A stretch of DNA of 32,000 bases, from NCBI RefSeq assembly GCF_000011805.1, contig NC_006841.2. One strand, 5' to 3'. The position numbers and the translations under genes are program-made. Every line of letters starts with the position of its first letter. Within the stretch, counting starts at the first letter, position 1. Source of the stretch: Aliivibrio fischeri ES114 (lineage in GTDB: Bacteria; Pseudomonadota; Gammaproteobacteria; Enterobacterales; Vibrionaceae). Below the pieces are notes generated by a model that saw only the letters and a program-made list of their open reading frames with translations, was not told the origin of the DNA and did not search any database. Below, piece after piece: positions 8,653 to 16,958 of the stretch.

Positions 8653-10013
8653 GTTATTTACCTAAAAGAGGGTTATATCCTCTTCAGCATAATAATGAAG
8701 AGAAAGGGTGGTCTGAACCAAAGATTATCCTTTCTTCATTTTTGGCTATTCTATTACCATCTGCATTGCTTTTAACTTTGCCTGTATTTTCCGTTACAGG
8801 CTTAAGCTTTATGGATGCGTTGTTTACAGCAACATCCGCCATCAGTGTAACGGGCTTAGGTGTGGTAGATACGGGAACCCATTTCACCACTAGTGGCAAA
8901 ATTGTCTTAATGTTTTTAATGCAGATAGGTGGATTAGGTCAAATGACTTTATCTGCTGTTCTACTGTATATATTCGGTTTAAGGTTGAGTTTACGTCAAC
9001 AAGCCTTAGCAAAAGAGGCATTAGGACAAGAAAAGAAAGTGAATTTAAGAAAGTTGATTAAAGGCATTATTTGTTTTGCTTTAATTGCAGAATTGATTGG
9101 AATGATAGTGCTTTCCTTTCGTTGGGTACCAGAGTTTGGTATTGCGGAAGGCTTGTTCTACGCTGCGTTTCATTCTGTGTCAGCATTTAACAATGCCGGA
9201 TTTTCACTTTTCTCTGATAGTTTGATGGGGTATGTTGGAGATCCCCTTGTCATTTTCACGCTCTCATTATTATTTATTGGTGGTGGTTTAGGTTTCACAG
9301 TTATTGTTGATCTGGTTAAAAATGGATCAAAAGGATTTAAACGTCTACAGCTACATACTAAGATAATGTTAATTGCAACGCCAACATTGTTATTGGTCGG
9401 GACGTTGTTCTTTTATATTTTAGAATATCAAAATCCTAATACACTAGGTGCATTATCCAGTGGCGATAAATGGTTAGCTGCATTTTTTCAATCGGCAAGT
9501 GCTCGAACGGCGGGTTTCAACAGTGTTGATTTAACACTGTTCACTCAACCAGCCTTGTTAATTATGATCATATTAATGTTGATTGGTGCAGGTTCAACAT
9601 CGACTGGTGGTGGTCTAAAAGTGTCAACAATTACTGTTGCCGCAGTAGCTACATGGACATTTTTACGTCAAAAGAAAAATGTGGTGATGTTTAAGAGAAC
9701 CATTGGTTGGCCAATAGTAACTAAATCGTTAGCTATTATCGTTGTCAGTGGTTCATTATTATCAATAGCTATGTTTTCGCTAATGCTTACTGAAAAAGCA
9801 GGGTTTGATAAAGTCATGTTTGAGGTTATTTCTGCCTTTGCTACTGTGGGGTTAACTGCGGGCTTAACTGCAGAGTTATCTGAACCGGGCAAGTTCATTA
9901 TGGTCATCGTTATGATTATAGGCCGTATCGGTCCCTTAACTTTAGCGTACATGCTTGCAAGACCTGAAGTGTCGAGGGTGAAATATCCTGAAGAGAATGT
10001 ATTGACGGGGTAA
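8649..10013 (+). CDS. ktrB: KtrB, potassium-translocating subunit
   Basis: Multi-TM TrkH/KtrB family, pore motifs TSAISVTGLGVVDTG, FHSVSAFNNAGFS, SARTAGFNSVD, GAGSTSTGGGLKVST; ATGA overlap with ktrA. Confidence 0.93.
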   Translation: MSYLPKRGLYPLQHNNEEKGWSEPKIILSSFLAILLPSALLLTLPVFSVTGLSFMDALFTATSAISVTGLGVVDTGTHFTTSGKIVLMFLMQIGGLGQMTLSAVLLYIFGLRLSLRQQALAKEALGQEKKVNLRKLIKGIICFALIAELIGMIVLSFRWVPEFGIAEGLFYAAFHSVSAFNNAGFSLFSDSLMGYVGDPLVIFTLSLLFIGGGLGFTVIVDLVKNGSKGFKRLQLHTKIMLIATPTLLLVGTLFFYILEYQNPNTLGALSSGDKWLAAFFQSASARTAGFNSVDLTLFTQPALLIMIILMLIGAGSTSTGGGLKVSTITVAAVATWTFLRQKKNVVMFKRTIGWPIVTKSLAIIVVSGSLLSIAMFSLMLTEKAGFDKVMFEVISAFATVGLTAGLTAELSEPGKFIMVIVMIIGRIGPLTLAYMLARPEVSRVKYPEENVLTG

Positions 10014-10015
10014 TA

Positions 10016-10194
10016 ATACCAATCCACATAAATATTTGATCATTCTTGCTTGTTAAAATCGATTATATCTGCGTTATACCTTTCTATTGCAAAAATTAGG
10101 TGCAATTAGAGCCACTAGTTACTGCAATTTATGCCTTGCTTTAATCGATTTTTCCTACGCAATTATCTGATCAACTACTTATCCGGATTGGTAT
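10016..10194. repeat. ~179 bp MITE-like inverted-repeat element
   Basis: Terminal inverted repeats ATACCAATCC...GGATTGGTAT; similarity extends inward (left ATACCAATCCACATAAATATTTGATCA; reverse complement of right ATACCAATCCGGATAAGTAGTTGATCA), with further AAAATCGATT/AATCGATTTT complementarity. Confidence 0.7.
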
Positions 10195-10211
10195 AGTTCA
10201 ATCCATAAAAG

Positions 10212-10243
10212 AAAAGGCATACAAAATAGTGTATGCCTTTTTT
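10212..10243. terminator. intrinsic terminator between ktrB and the convergent channel gene
   Basis: AAAAGGCATACAAAATAGTGTATGCCTTTTTT. Confidence 0.85.
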
Positions 10244-10263
10244 ATGTTTTTCAGATCGTATTT

Positions 10264-11337
10264 TTATTCAGAAGGGATCTGTTCAACTTTTAGAGTTTGT
10301 GTAGGGAAGGCTATTTCAGCATTATTTTGAGCAATAATATCCCCAATTTTGATCAGTACGTCTTGTTTTACTTTATGGTATTCAATCCAATTGACCGTTT
10401 TAGTAAAGGTATAAACTAATAAGTCCAAAGACGAAGGACCAAAACCGTTAAAGTTCACAATGAGTGTCTGGTTACTATCGATATCATTATGCTCTTGTAA
10501 CATCGTTTTTATTTCATCAACGATGCGCTCAATGCTATGAATATCATCATATCTAATGCCAATATCCTCTTTAATTCGACGATTAAGCATGCGTGATGGG
10601 TTTTCTACGACAATATTGCTAAATACTGAGTTAGGGACATAAAGAGGGCGCTTATCAAAGGTTCTTATTACCGTCATACGCCAACCAATTCTTTCAACCG
10701 TTCCTTCTAAAGAACGATCAGGAGATCGAATCCAATCACCAACTTTGAATGGGCGGTCAAAATAAATCATCATCCCCCCGAAGAAATTCGAGAGAAGATC
10801 TTTAGCAGCTAAACCGACGACTAAGCCACCAACACCACCAAAGGTGAGTAGACCTGATAAACTTAGTCCAACCCCTTGCATTAAAGAGAGAACGCCTAAG
10901 GTGATAAAAATAAGGCGTACTACTTTGCCAAGAGCTAAAACAGTGGTTTCGTCATGTTTAGGGTTCGTTAAAAACTGTTTTTCAATTAAGCTTGTTAACC
11001 TTAATGCAGACCAAATAAAACCCCATATTAAAATAAATACTTGTAACTCAGGAAGCCATGTCGAACTGAAATGAGTCTGAGTTGACAGTAAAATCTTGAG
11101 TGAAGCAGTTGCAGGCCAAAGCCAAATAACAAGAGTTACAGGAGCGGAGATAGCGGTAATGACAGCATCGTCCCAAGGTAGTTGAGTTTTTGCTGCAATA
11201 TGATGAAGGCGTTTAATGATTACTCGCCAAGATAGCCAAAGAAATGCACTAAATAGAGTGATCACGATAATATTTTGTGCCCAATCGTGATCTTTAAACT
11301 CTAAAAGCGTATTCCACCAATCAAGGAAACGTGTCAT
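10264..11337 (-). CDS. mechanosensitive ion channel family protein (MscS-type)
   Basis: MscS core: GLSLSGLLTFGGVGGLVVGLAAKDLLSNFFGGMMIYFDRPFKVGDWI...GTVERIGWRMTVIRTFDKRPLYVPNSVF. Confidence 0.92.
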   Translation of the reverse strand: MTRFLDWWNTLLEFKDHDWAQNIIVITLFSAFLWLSWRVIIKRLHHIAAKTQLPWDDAVITAISAPVTLVIWLWPATASLKILLSTQTHFSSTWLPELQVFILIWGFIWSALRLTSLIEKQFLTNPKHDETTVLALGKVVRLIFITLGVLSLMQGVGLSLSGLLTFGGVGGLVVGLAAKDLLSNFFGGMMIYFDRPFKVGDWIRSPDRSLEGTVERIGWRMTVIRTFDKRPLYVPNSVFSNIVVENPSRMLNRRIKEDIGIRYDDIHSIERIVDEIKTMLQEHNDIDSNQTLIVNFNGFGPSSLDLLVYTFTKTVNWIEYHKVKQDVLIKIGDIIAQNNAEIAFPTQTLKVEQIPSE

Positions 11338-11355
11338 TGAAAGTTCTCTTTTATT

Positions 11356-12006
11356 CTAAAAGAGGTAGCTTATCACTTCATCTGCCCAAATAAAGTAGAT
11401 AAACACAGATATGACAGCAAAAATGATCCAAGCCTTAAATGGATGCTTCATTTTTGGTTCTGTTTCATCTAAATCTACTTTCCCTGTAAACATAGGAAGT
11501 ATTAAATTAACGCCTTTTAATCGATATAAGATAACCGCAATTACATGAACAGCAGTAAAACCTAATATTAAATCAAAATTTAGGTGATGGATCCTAGTAA
11601 GAAAGCCACTTTTATCATAACTAACAAGATAAGCTAATGGACCTTCAGAAAGAATATCATCATTACTAAATAACCCTGTCACTAATTGCACTAATAATAG
11701 AAGCAATAATGCCAATACCATGTAACCACCCGCTGGATTATGTCCTTTTGAATGGTGTAAGCCATTAGTATGCGAGGTTTTCAGATAGTTAATAACAGAT
11801 TGTGGAGAGCCTAGAAAGTGAGAGAATCGAGCCGTATCACTTCCAATAAAGCCCCAAAGGATTCTTGTTAAGAGTAGGGCCATTAAAAGATAAGCTAGAG
11901 TGAAATGTAACTCCATTAGCCCTTCTTCAGCGGTATACCATAAAGAGCCAAGTACAACGACTTGGCTCCAGTGGTAAATTCGGACAAAACTATCCCAAAT
12001 TTTCAC
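11356..12006 (-). CDS. cytochrome b561-type membrane protein
   Basis: N-terminal VRIYHWSQ, HFTLAYLLMALLLTRILWGFIG, ILGFTAVHVIAVILYRL; TM helices with conserved His. Confidence 0.88.
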   Translation of the reverse strand: MKIWDSFVRIYHWSQVVVLGSLWYTAEEGLMELHFTLAYLLMALLLTRILWGFIGSDTARFSHFLGSPQSVINYLKTSHTNGLHHSKGHNPAGGYMVLALLLLLLVQLVTGLFSNDDILSEGPLAYLVSYDKSGFLTRIHHLNFDLILGFTAVHVIAVILYRLKGVNLILPMFTGKVDLDETEPKMKHPFKAWIIFAVISVFIYFIWADEVISYLF

Positions 12007-12021
12007 GTGTTAGTCTCCAGA

Positions 12022-12477
12022 TTAACGTGCTTTGTAATCAGAGTGGCAAGCTTTACAGTTTTTCACTGTTTTCCCAAAAGCTTTACGAATCGCCGCTTTA
12101 TCACCTTTATCTGAAATTTCTGCAAGTGCAGCTGCGTCTTCTTGGAATTGAGCTAAACGAGCTTCAAAATCAGGGAAATTAACCCACACTTTTGGAAGTG
12201 CATTTGTTTTTCCCTTATCTGAGCCTTCTACATAAAAAGCATCAAGAGTCATTAGCGAAAGTTGTGAGAGTTGATTTGCTCTTTTAGCAAAAATAACATC
12301 ACTCCAATCTGTCTTTCCTTTGACCATATCACCCATTTCACTTACGTTACCAGCGATCATTGTGAATGCAGCTTGACGGTATGCAATGGCTTTATCTGCT
12401 TCATTAAAAGTATGTGCAAAAACGGAAGTAGATGCTAAAAGTGATGATGCAATAACCAGTGATTGAAATTTTTTCAT
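12022..12477 (-). CDS. cytochrome c' (periplasmic)
   Basis: Signal peptide MKKFQSLVIASSLLASTSVFAH; C-terminal CKACH heme-binding motif. Start refined from 12513 to 12477. Confidence 0.88.
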   Translation of the reverse strand: MKKFQSLVIASSLLASTSVFAHTFNEADKAIAYRQAAFTMIAGNVSEMGDMVKGKTDWSDVIFAKRANQLSQLSLMTLDAFYVEGSDKGKTNALPKVWVNFPDFEARLAQFQEDAAALAEISDKGDKAAIRKAFGKTVKNCKACHSDYKAR

Positions 12478-12672
12478 ATTGAGCTGTCCTTGAATTGTAA
12501 TTATTTTTCGCACTTATTATATAAAATGATGCATAAAAGAAGTAGATGAATATCACGACATTTACATAATCTTTACATTGTCTCATTAGGTAGAAATTAA
12601 TTGTTAGCTGCATCTGAAAACAAATTGCGTATAATGACACTGTATTTTTCAAATTAGGTTTATCAGTTTTTT

Positions 12673-13200
12673 ATGCGAATTTTAAATATTACAACGCATC
12701 CAGATTTAGAGCGTTTAGATAACCATAAAATTCTTCATCGTAATGCAACTCGCGGAATTATTTTAAAAGGCGAAGAGATCCTTCTTTTATACACTGAGCG
12801 TTATCAAGATTATTCATTACCTGGTGGTGGATTAGATGAAGGCGAAGATGTTATTGCTGGTTTAGTTAGAGAGATCGAAGAAGAGACAGGTGCAAAAAAC
12901 ATCTCAAATATCGAACCATTTGGTATGTATGAAGAATTTCGCCCTTGGTATAAACATGAGTGTAATGTGTTGCATATGATTTCTTATTGTTACACTTGCG
13001 AATGTGATAGAGAGTTAGGCGAAACTAACTACGAAAGTTACGAAATCAGAAACGGTATGAAGCCTGTATGGATTAATATCCATGAAGCGATCGCTCATAA
13101 CGAAGACATTATTTCAAATAGTGATAAAAAAGGAATGAGCATTGAGCGAGAAACGTTTCTTTTGCATTTGATTGCTAAAGAGTGTTTGAATGCTGAATAA
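12673..13200 (+). CDS. NUDIX hydrolase
   Basis: NUDIX box GGGLDEGEDVIAGLVREIEEETG. Confidence 0.92.
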   Translation: MRILNITTHPDLERLDNHKILHRNATRGIILKGEEILLLYTERYQDYSLPGGGLDEGEDVIAGLVREIEEETGAKNISNIEPFGMYEEFRPWYKHECNVLHMISYCYTCECDRELGETNYESYEIRNGMKPVWINIHEAIAHNEDIISNSDKKGMSIERETFLLHLIAKECLNAE

Positions 13201-13411
13201 AGAACAAATCATTAAACTTACTCAAGTGACAATGCCATTTGGAAAGTATTCAGGAAGAGTGTTAATCGATTTACCTGAAGAATATTTATTATGGTTTGAG
13301 CGTAAAGATGGCTTTCCAAAAGGAGAGTTGGGTGAGTTAATGGCTTTAAGTCTCGCGATGAAAATCGAAGGGCTTGATGAAGTTATTCGACCATTAAAAT
13401 ATCGTCGTTAA
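13190..13411 (+). CDS. DUF3820-family small protein
   Basis: MPFGKYSGRVLIDLPEEYLLWFERKDGFPKGELGELMALSLAMKIEGL resembles the family from memory; overlaps the end of the NUDIX gene by 11 nt. Confidence 0.75.
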   Translation: MLNKEQIIKLTQVTMPFGKYSGRVLIDLPEEYLLWFERKDGFPKGELGELMALSLAMKIEGLDEVIRPLKYRR

Positions 13412-13419
13412 CTTTAGAT

Positions 13420-13455
13420 GGTTCAATTAACATAATGATGTTTGTTAATTGAACC
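13420..13455. other. perfect 13-bp stem hairpin downstream of the DUF3820-like gene
   Basis: GGTTCAATTAACA-taatgatgtt-TGTTAATTGAACC. Confidence 0.6.
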
Positions 13456-13482
13456 TCTAGATTTCAATCATAGTCTCAATGG

Positions 13483-13809
13483 TTATTTGAATTGAGATTC
13501 CCCTTTTTTTGCTCGTTGAAAATCTTCCGTTAATTCTTCTTGGGGGGCATCATTCAATAAGTAGCTTAGTGCAGAACAAAAGCTATTTGTTTCATCATAG
13601 ACCTCACGAGAGCGATCAATATGACGTTCAGCGGTTCTACGTACTTGTGGATCATTCTGAGGGTTGCTGTATTGGACTTGTTGGTCAAACACGGCTTTAA
13701 CATATTTTTGCTTACAGATATCTTCATTCTCAGGTGTCGCAACGATATCCGCAAAAGCGTAAGAAGAAGTTAGCCCCATTAATAAGGCGTAAAAAAAGTG
13801 TTTTTTCAT
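13483..13809 (-). CDS. small secreted/periplasmic hypothetical protein
   Basis: Signal peptide MKKHFFYALLMGLTSSYAFA, two downstream cysteines; no recognised domain. Confidence 0.6.
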   Translation of the reverse strand: MKKHFFYALLMGLTSSYAFADIVATPENEDICKQKYVKAVFDQQVQYSNPQNDPQVRRTAERHIDRSREVYDETNSFCSALSYLLNDAPQEELTEDFQRAKKGESQFK

Positions 13810-14060
13810 TATGTTATTGACCTTATTCTTAATTACGAGTGGATTTTACGGATAGCGTACATTGAGTGCAATCTTTATCATTAATAAATTGATTTTGGTT
13901 TAAAAAAGTCGTTCAGACATTTTGCCAATCGGTATAAATTTAATTTATTGATGAACTTATTAACTCACTATGTTGATAATTCGACTTCTATCACTGCAAA
14001 TTTTCTATTGCTACATACTATATACAGCGTTAATAAATTTAGTATACGGTAGAGAATAAT

Positions 14061-14975
14061 ATGATTAGTAAAACGACAATCGCACCACAAGGACCGCAAT
14101 TTTCAGAACTTGTTCAAGGGTATTGGCGTCTTGGGGATTGGGGAATGACTCCGCAAGAAAGATTGCGTTTTTTAAAACAGCATATTGAACTTGGGATCAC
14201 GACTGTTGACCATGCTGACATTTATGGTGGATACCAATGTGAGACTTTATTTGGTGAAGCATTAGCATTAGCGTTAGAGCCATCATTGCGCGATAGCATG
14301 GAGATCGTGACTAAATGCGATATTAATTTATGTACGCCAGATTTCCCGAATCGAAAGATTAATCATTATGATACATCAAAAGCACACATTCTTAATTCGG
14401 TAAATAACTCTTTAACACGTTTAAATATTACCGAAATTGATGTGCTATTAATTCATCGATTGGATGTATTAATGAACGCTGATGAAGTAGCTGATACGTT
14501 TAATCAGTTACAAAAAGAAGGGAAGGTTAAACACTTTGGTGTTTCAAACTTTACACCAAGTCATTTTGATCTGCTTCAATCCCGATTAGATAAACCATTA
14601 GTGACTAACCAAGTAGAGATTAATCCACTTAATTTTGAAGTAGCGCATGATGGCACACTAGATCAACTTCAAATGAATCGAATTAAACCAATGGCTTGGT
14701 CATGCTTAGCGGGTGGTGAGATTTTCTTTGGACAATCAGAGCAAGCAATACGTGTACGTAATGTGCTTGAAGAGTTAAAAGAAGAGGTTGGAGCACAAAG
14801 TATTGATCAAGTTATTTATGCTTGGGTTCGAAAATTACCATCAAGTCCACTACCAATTATTGGCTCTGGTAACATTGAGCGTGTGAAAGCGGCTGTTGAT
14901 GCAATGAATATAGAACTTACTCGTGAACAATGGTATCGAGTGTGGGTTGAATCAAAAGGTCACGGTGTGCCGTAG
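14061..14975 (+). CDS. aldo/keto reductase family oxidoreductase
   Basis: GITTVDHADIYGGYQCETLFGEAL, HFGVSNFTPSHFD, NQVEINPL, PLPIIGSGN motifs. Confidence 0.92.
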   Translation: MISKTTIAPQGPQFSELVQGYWRLGDWGMTPQERLRFLKQHIELGITTVDHADIYGGYQCETLFGEALALALEPSLRDSMEIVTKCDINLCTPDFPNRKINHYDTSKAHILNSVNNSLTRLNITEIDVLLIHRLDVLMNADEVADTFNQLQKEGKVKHFGVSNFTPSHFDLLQSRLDKPLVTNQVEINPLNFEVAHDGTLDQLQMNRIKPMAWSCLAGGEIFFGQSEQAIRVRNVLEELKEEVGAQSIDQVIYAWVRKLPSSPLPIIGSGNIERVKAAVDAMNIELTREQWYRVWVESKGHGVP

Positions 14976-15001
14976 AGCTCTTCTGTGATTAAGTAAGAAA
15001 C

Positions 15002-15033
15002 AAAAATGGGATGCAATTTGGCATCCCATTTTT
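15002..15033. terminator. bidirectional intrinsic terminator between convergent genes
   Basis: AAAAATGGGATGC-aatttg-GCATCCCATTTTT. Confidence 0.9.
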
Positions 15034-15058
15034 ATTGTTAGCTTATTTTATCTATGAC

Positions 15059-16087
15059 TTACTTTACTAGCCACTCAACAGCTTCACCAGCACGAATTGG
15101 TACAACAAAGTCATTTCCAAATGCCATTGTCTCTGGTGCAATCCACGCTTCTTTTACAAGCGTTATTGTGTCAGTGTTGCGAGGTAGGTTATAAAAATCT
15201 GGACCATTAAAGCTTGCGAATGCTTCTAGGTTTTCTAACTTACCTTCGTTTTCAAATACTTCTGCATAAAGCTCGATTGAAGCGTGGGCAGTATATGAAC
15301 CAGCACAACCACAAGCCGCTTCTTTTTTGTCTTTTGCATGAGGTGCTGAATCAGTACCTAAGAAAAATTTAGGATTACCGCTTGTTGCAGCTTCCACTAG
15401 AGCTTGTTGGTGTGTATTGCGTTTTAAAATTGGTAAACAGTAGAAGTGAGGTTTAATACCACCAACTAACATGTGGTTACGGTTAAACAATAAGTGATGC
15501 GCTGTAATGGTTGCAGCAACGTTTGGACCTGCGTTTTTAACAAAATCTGCCGCATCTTTAGTTGTGATGTGCTCAAGTACAATTTTTAGCTCAGGAAAAT
15601 CATTAACGATAGGCGCTAAAACTGTATCAAGGAAAGTCTTTTCACGATCGAAGATATCAATATCATGAGTTGTTACTTCCCCATGAATAAGTAAAAGCAT
15701 GCCTTCTTCTTGCATCGTTTTTAGAATAGGGTAAACGTTTTTAACGTCGCTTACACCAGAGTCTGAGTTTGTTGTAGCACCAGCTGGATACAGTTTTGCT
15801 GCTACGATATGTCCAGTCGCTTTCGCTTTTCGGATCTCTTCTGATGTTGTCTTTTCTGTTAGATAAAGAGACATAAGAGGAGCAAAAGAATCAGATTTGT
15901 TTTCAGCCTGAATGCGTTCACGGTAACTTAATGCTTGTTCGGTAGTTGTTACAGGTGGTACAAGGTTTGGCATGATTAAAGCTCTGCCGTTGTAACGACC
16001 AGAGTCACGAACTGTGTCAGTTAACACATCACCATCACGTAAGTGTAAATGCCAATCATCAGGACGAGTAATTGTTAAAGTTGTCAT
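15059..16087 (-). CDS. pyrC: dihydroorotase
   Basis: [45 protein letters not shown]..., [24 protein letters not shown]; strong identity. Confidence 0.96.
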   Translation of the reverse strand: MTTLTITRPDDWHLHLRDGDVLTDTVRDSGRYNGRALIMPNLVPPVTTTEQALSYRERIQAENKSDSFAPLMSLYLTEKTTSEEIRKAKATGHIVAAKLYPAGATTNSDSGVSDVKNVYPILKTMQEEGMLLLIHGEVTTHDIDIFDREKTFLDTVLAPIVNDFPELKIVLEHITTKDAADFVKNAGPNVAATITAHHLLFNRNHMLVGGIKPHFYCLPILKRNTHQQALVEAATSGNPKFFLGTDSAPHAKDKKEAACGCAGSYTAHASIELYAEVFENEGKLENLEAFASFNGPDFYNLPRNTDTITLVKEAWIAPETMAFGNDFVVPIRAGEAVEWLVK

Positions 16088-16134
16088 TTGCTGCTCCCAC
16101 CAGTAAAAGAATAATTAAGGAGCCTAAATAATGA

Positions 16135-16150
16135 AGTTAATCGTTTGCTT
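16135..16150 (-). promoter_or_regulatory. candidate PurR-like operator upstream of pyrC
   Basis: Minus strand AAGCAAACGATTAACT against ACGCAAACGTTTGCGT (11/16), 47 bp upstream of the start codon. Confidence 0.3.
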
Positions 16151-16370
16151 AGGCGGTAGGATTCTAAAGCAAAATAAAAGAGAACGATAGAAAAAGTTAT
16201 AATTTACAACAAAGAAGACACAATAATACGTAAGAAAAAATGAATAGATTACTTTTCGTTTTAAAAATATGTACTGGTTAAATAGAAATGTCTGCTAAGG
16301 AATATTATTGACGAAAGCTCTTAAAATAGACACAATCGCTGTGTTTTTATACAAAATAGAGGAATGTTTT

Positions 16371-16568
16371 ATGAAAAATAAAGCTAAATTAAGGCTAACT
16401 GCCACAGATGAACTGGAGCATGGTAGAGGCCAAATTAAAGATAATGCATTAAAAGCTGTCGTAACTAGCCAATTATTTAGAACTCGAATAGTAAAAGCGA
16501 AAAAAGGAAAGGGCAGCTATTCACGAAAAGGGAGAGGAGGTAAAGAGCCCTATTCAAAAGCAACATAA
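16371..16568 (+). CDS. arfA: alternative ribosome-rescue factor A
   Basis: MKNKAKLRLTATDELEHGRGQIKDNALKAVVTSQLFRTRIVKAKKGKGSYSRKGRGGKEPYSKAT; GAGG Shine-Dalgarno before ATG 16371 (the ORF track starts at 16308). Confidence 0.9.
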   Translation: MKNKAKLRLTATDELEHGRGQIKDNALKAVVTSQLFRTRIVKAKKGKGSYSRKGRGGKEPYSKAT

Positions 16569-16597
16569 GAATGTTGAGTTTGAATAGGGCTTTTTTT
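16546..16597 (+). terminator. arfA 3' hairpin/terminator overlapping the end of the coding sequence
   Basis: AGCCCTATTCAAA (16546-16558) pairs perfectly with TTTGAATAGGGCT (16579-16591), inner CAACAT/ATGTTG stem, then a T-tract; the TAA stop (16566-16568) is inside. Confidence 0.88.
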
Positions 16598-16719
16598 GTG
16601 ATCAATATTGTGTTTTTTTAGTCGATGAGGTTAAAGAACCATCAATCAATGAGTTAAGTGTAAAAAAGTGCTTTACCTCTGCGCTCAGTATGGCATTATC
16701 TATCTCGTTCCAACGATGT

Positions 16720-16794
<75 letters not shown>

Positions 16795-16802
16795 AATTCT
16801 AT

Positions 16803-16837
16803 AAAAAAAGCTCTCGTATTAACGAGAGCTTTTTTTA
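16803..16837 (+). terminator. intrinsic terminator after tRNA-Gly
   Basis: AAAAAAAGCTCTCGT-att-AACGAGAGCTTTTTTT. Confidence 0.85.
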
Positions 16838-16958
16838 TGCCTGTAATTTATACAAATATTAAAATTGTTTCTTTTTCAAATATTTAAGAGTCGATCACTA
16901 AATCTAGTTAATTTTCTATCTATACTGATGAAAATCACTGAAATTAAGAGGTCGCCTT

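Noticed and set aside
9668-10027. 119-aa minus-strand ORF
   Set aside because: Antisense to the well-supported ktrB gene; the biased frame explains the openness.
12404-12652. 82-aa minus-strand ORF upstream of and overlapping the cytochrome c' gene
   Set aside because: AT-rich, overlaps the cytochrome c' signal peptide region in another frame, no ribosome-binding site seen.
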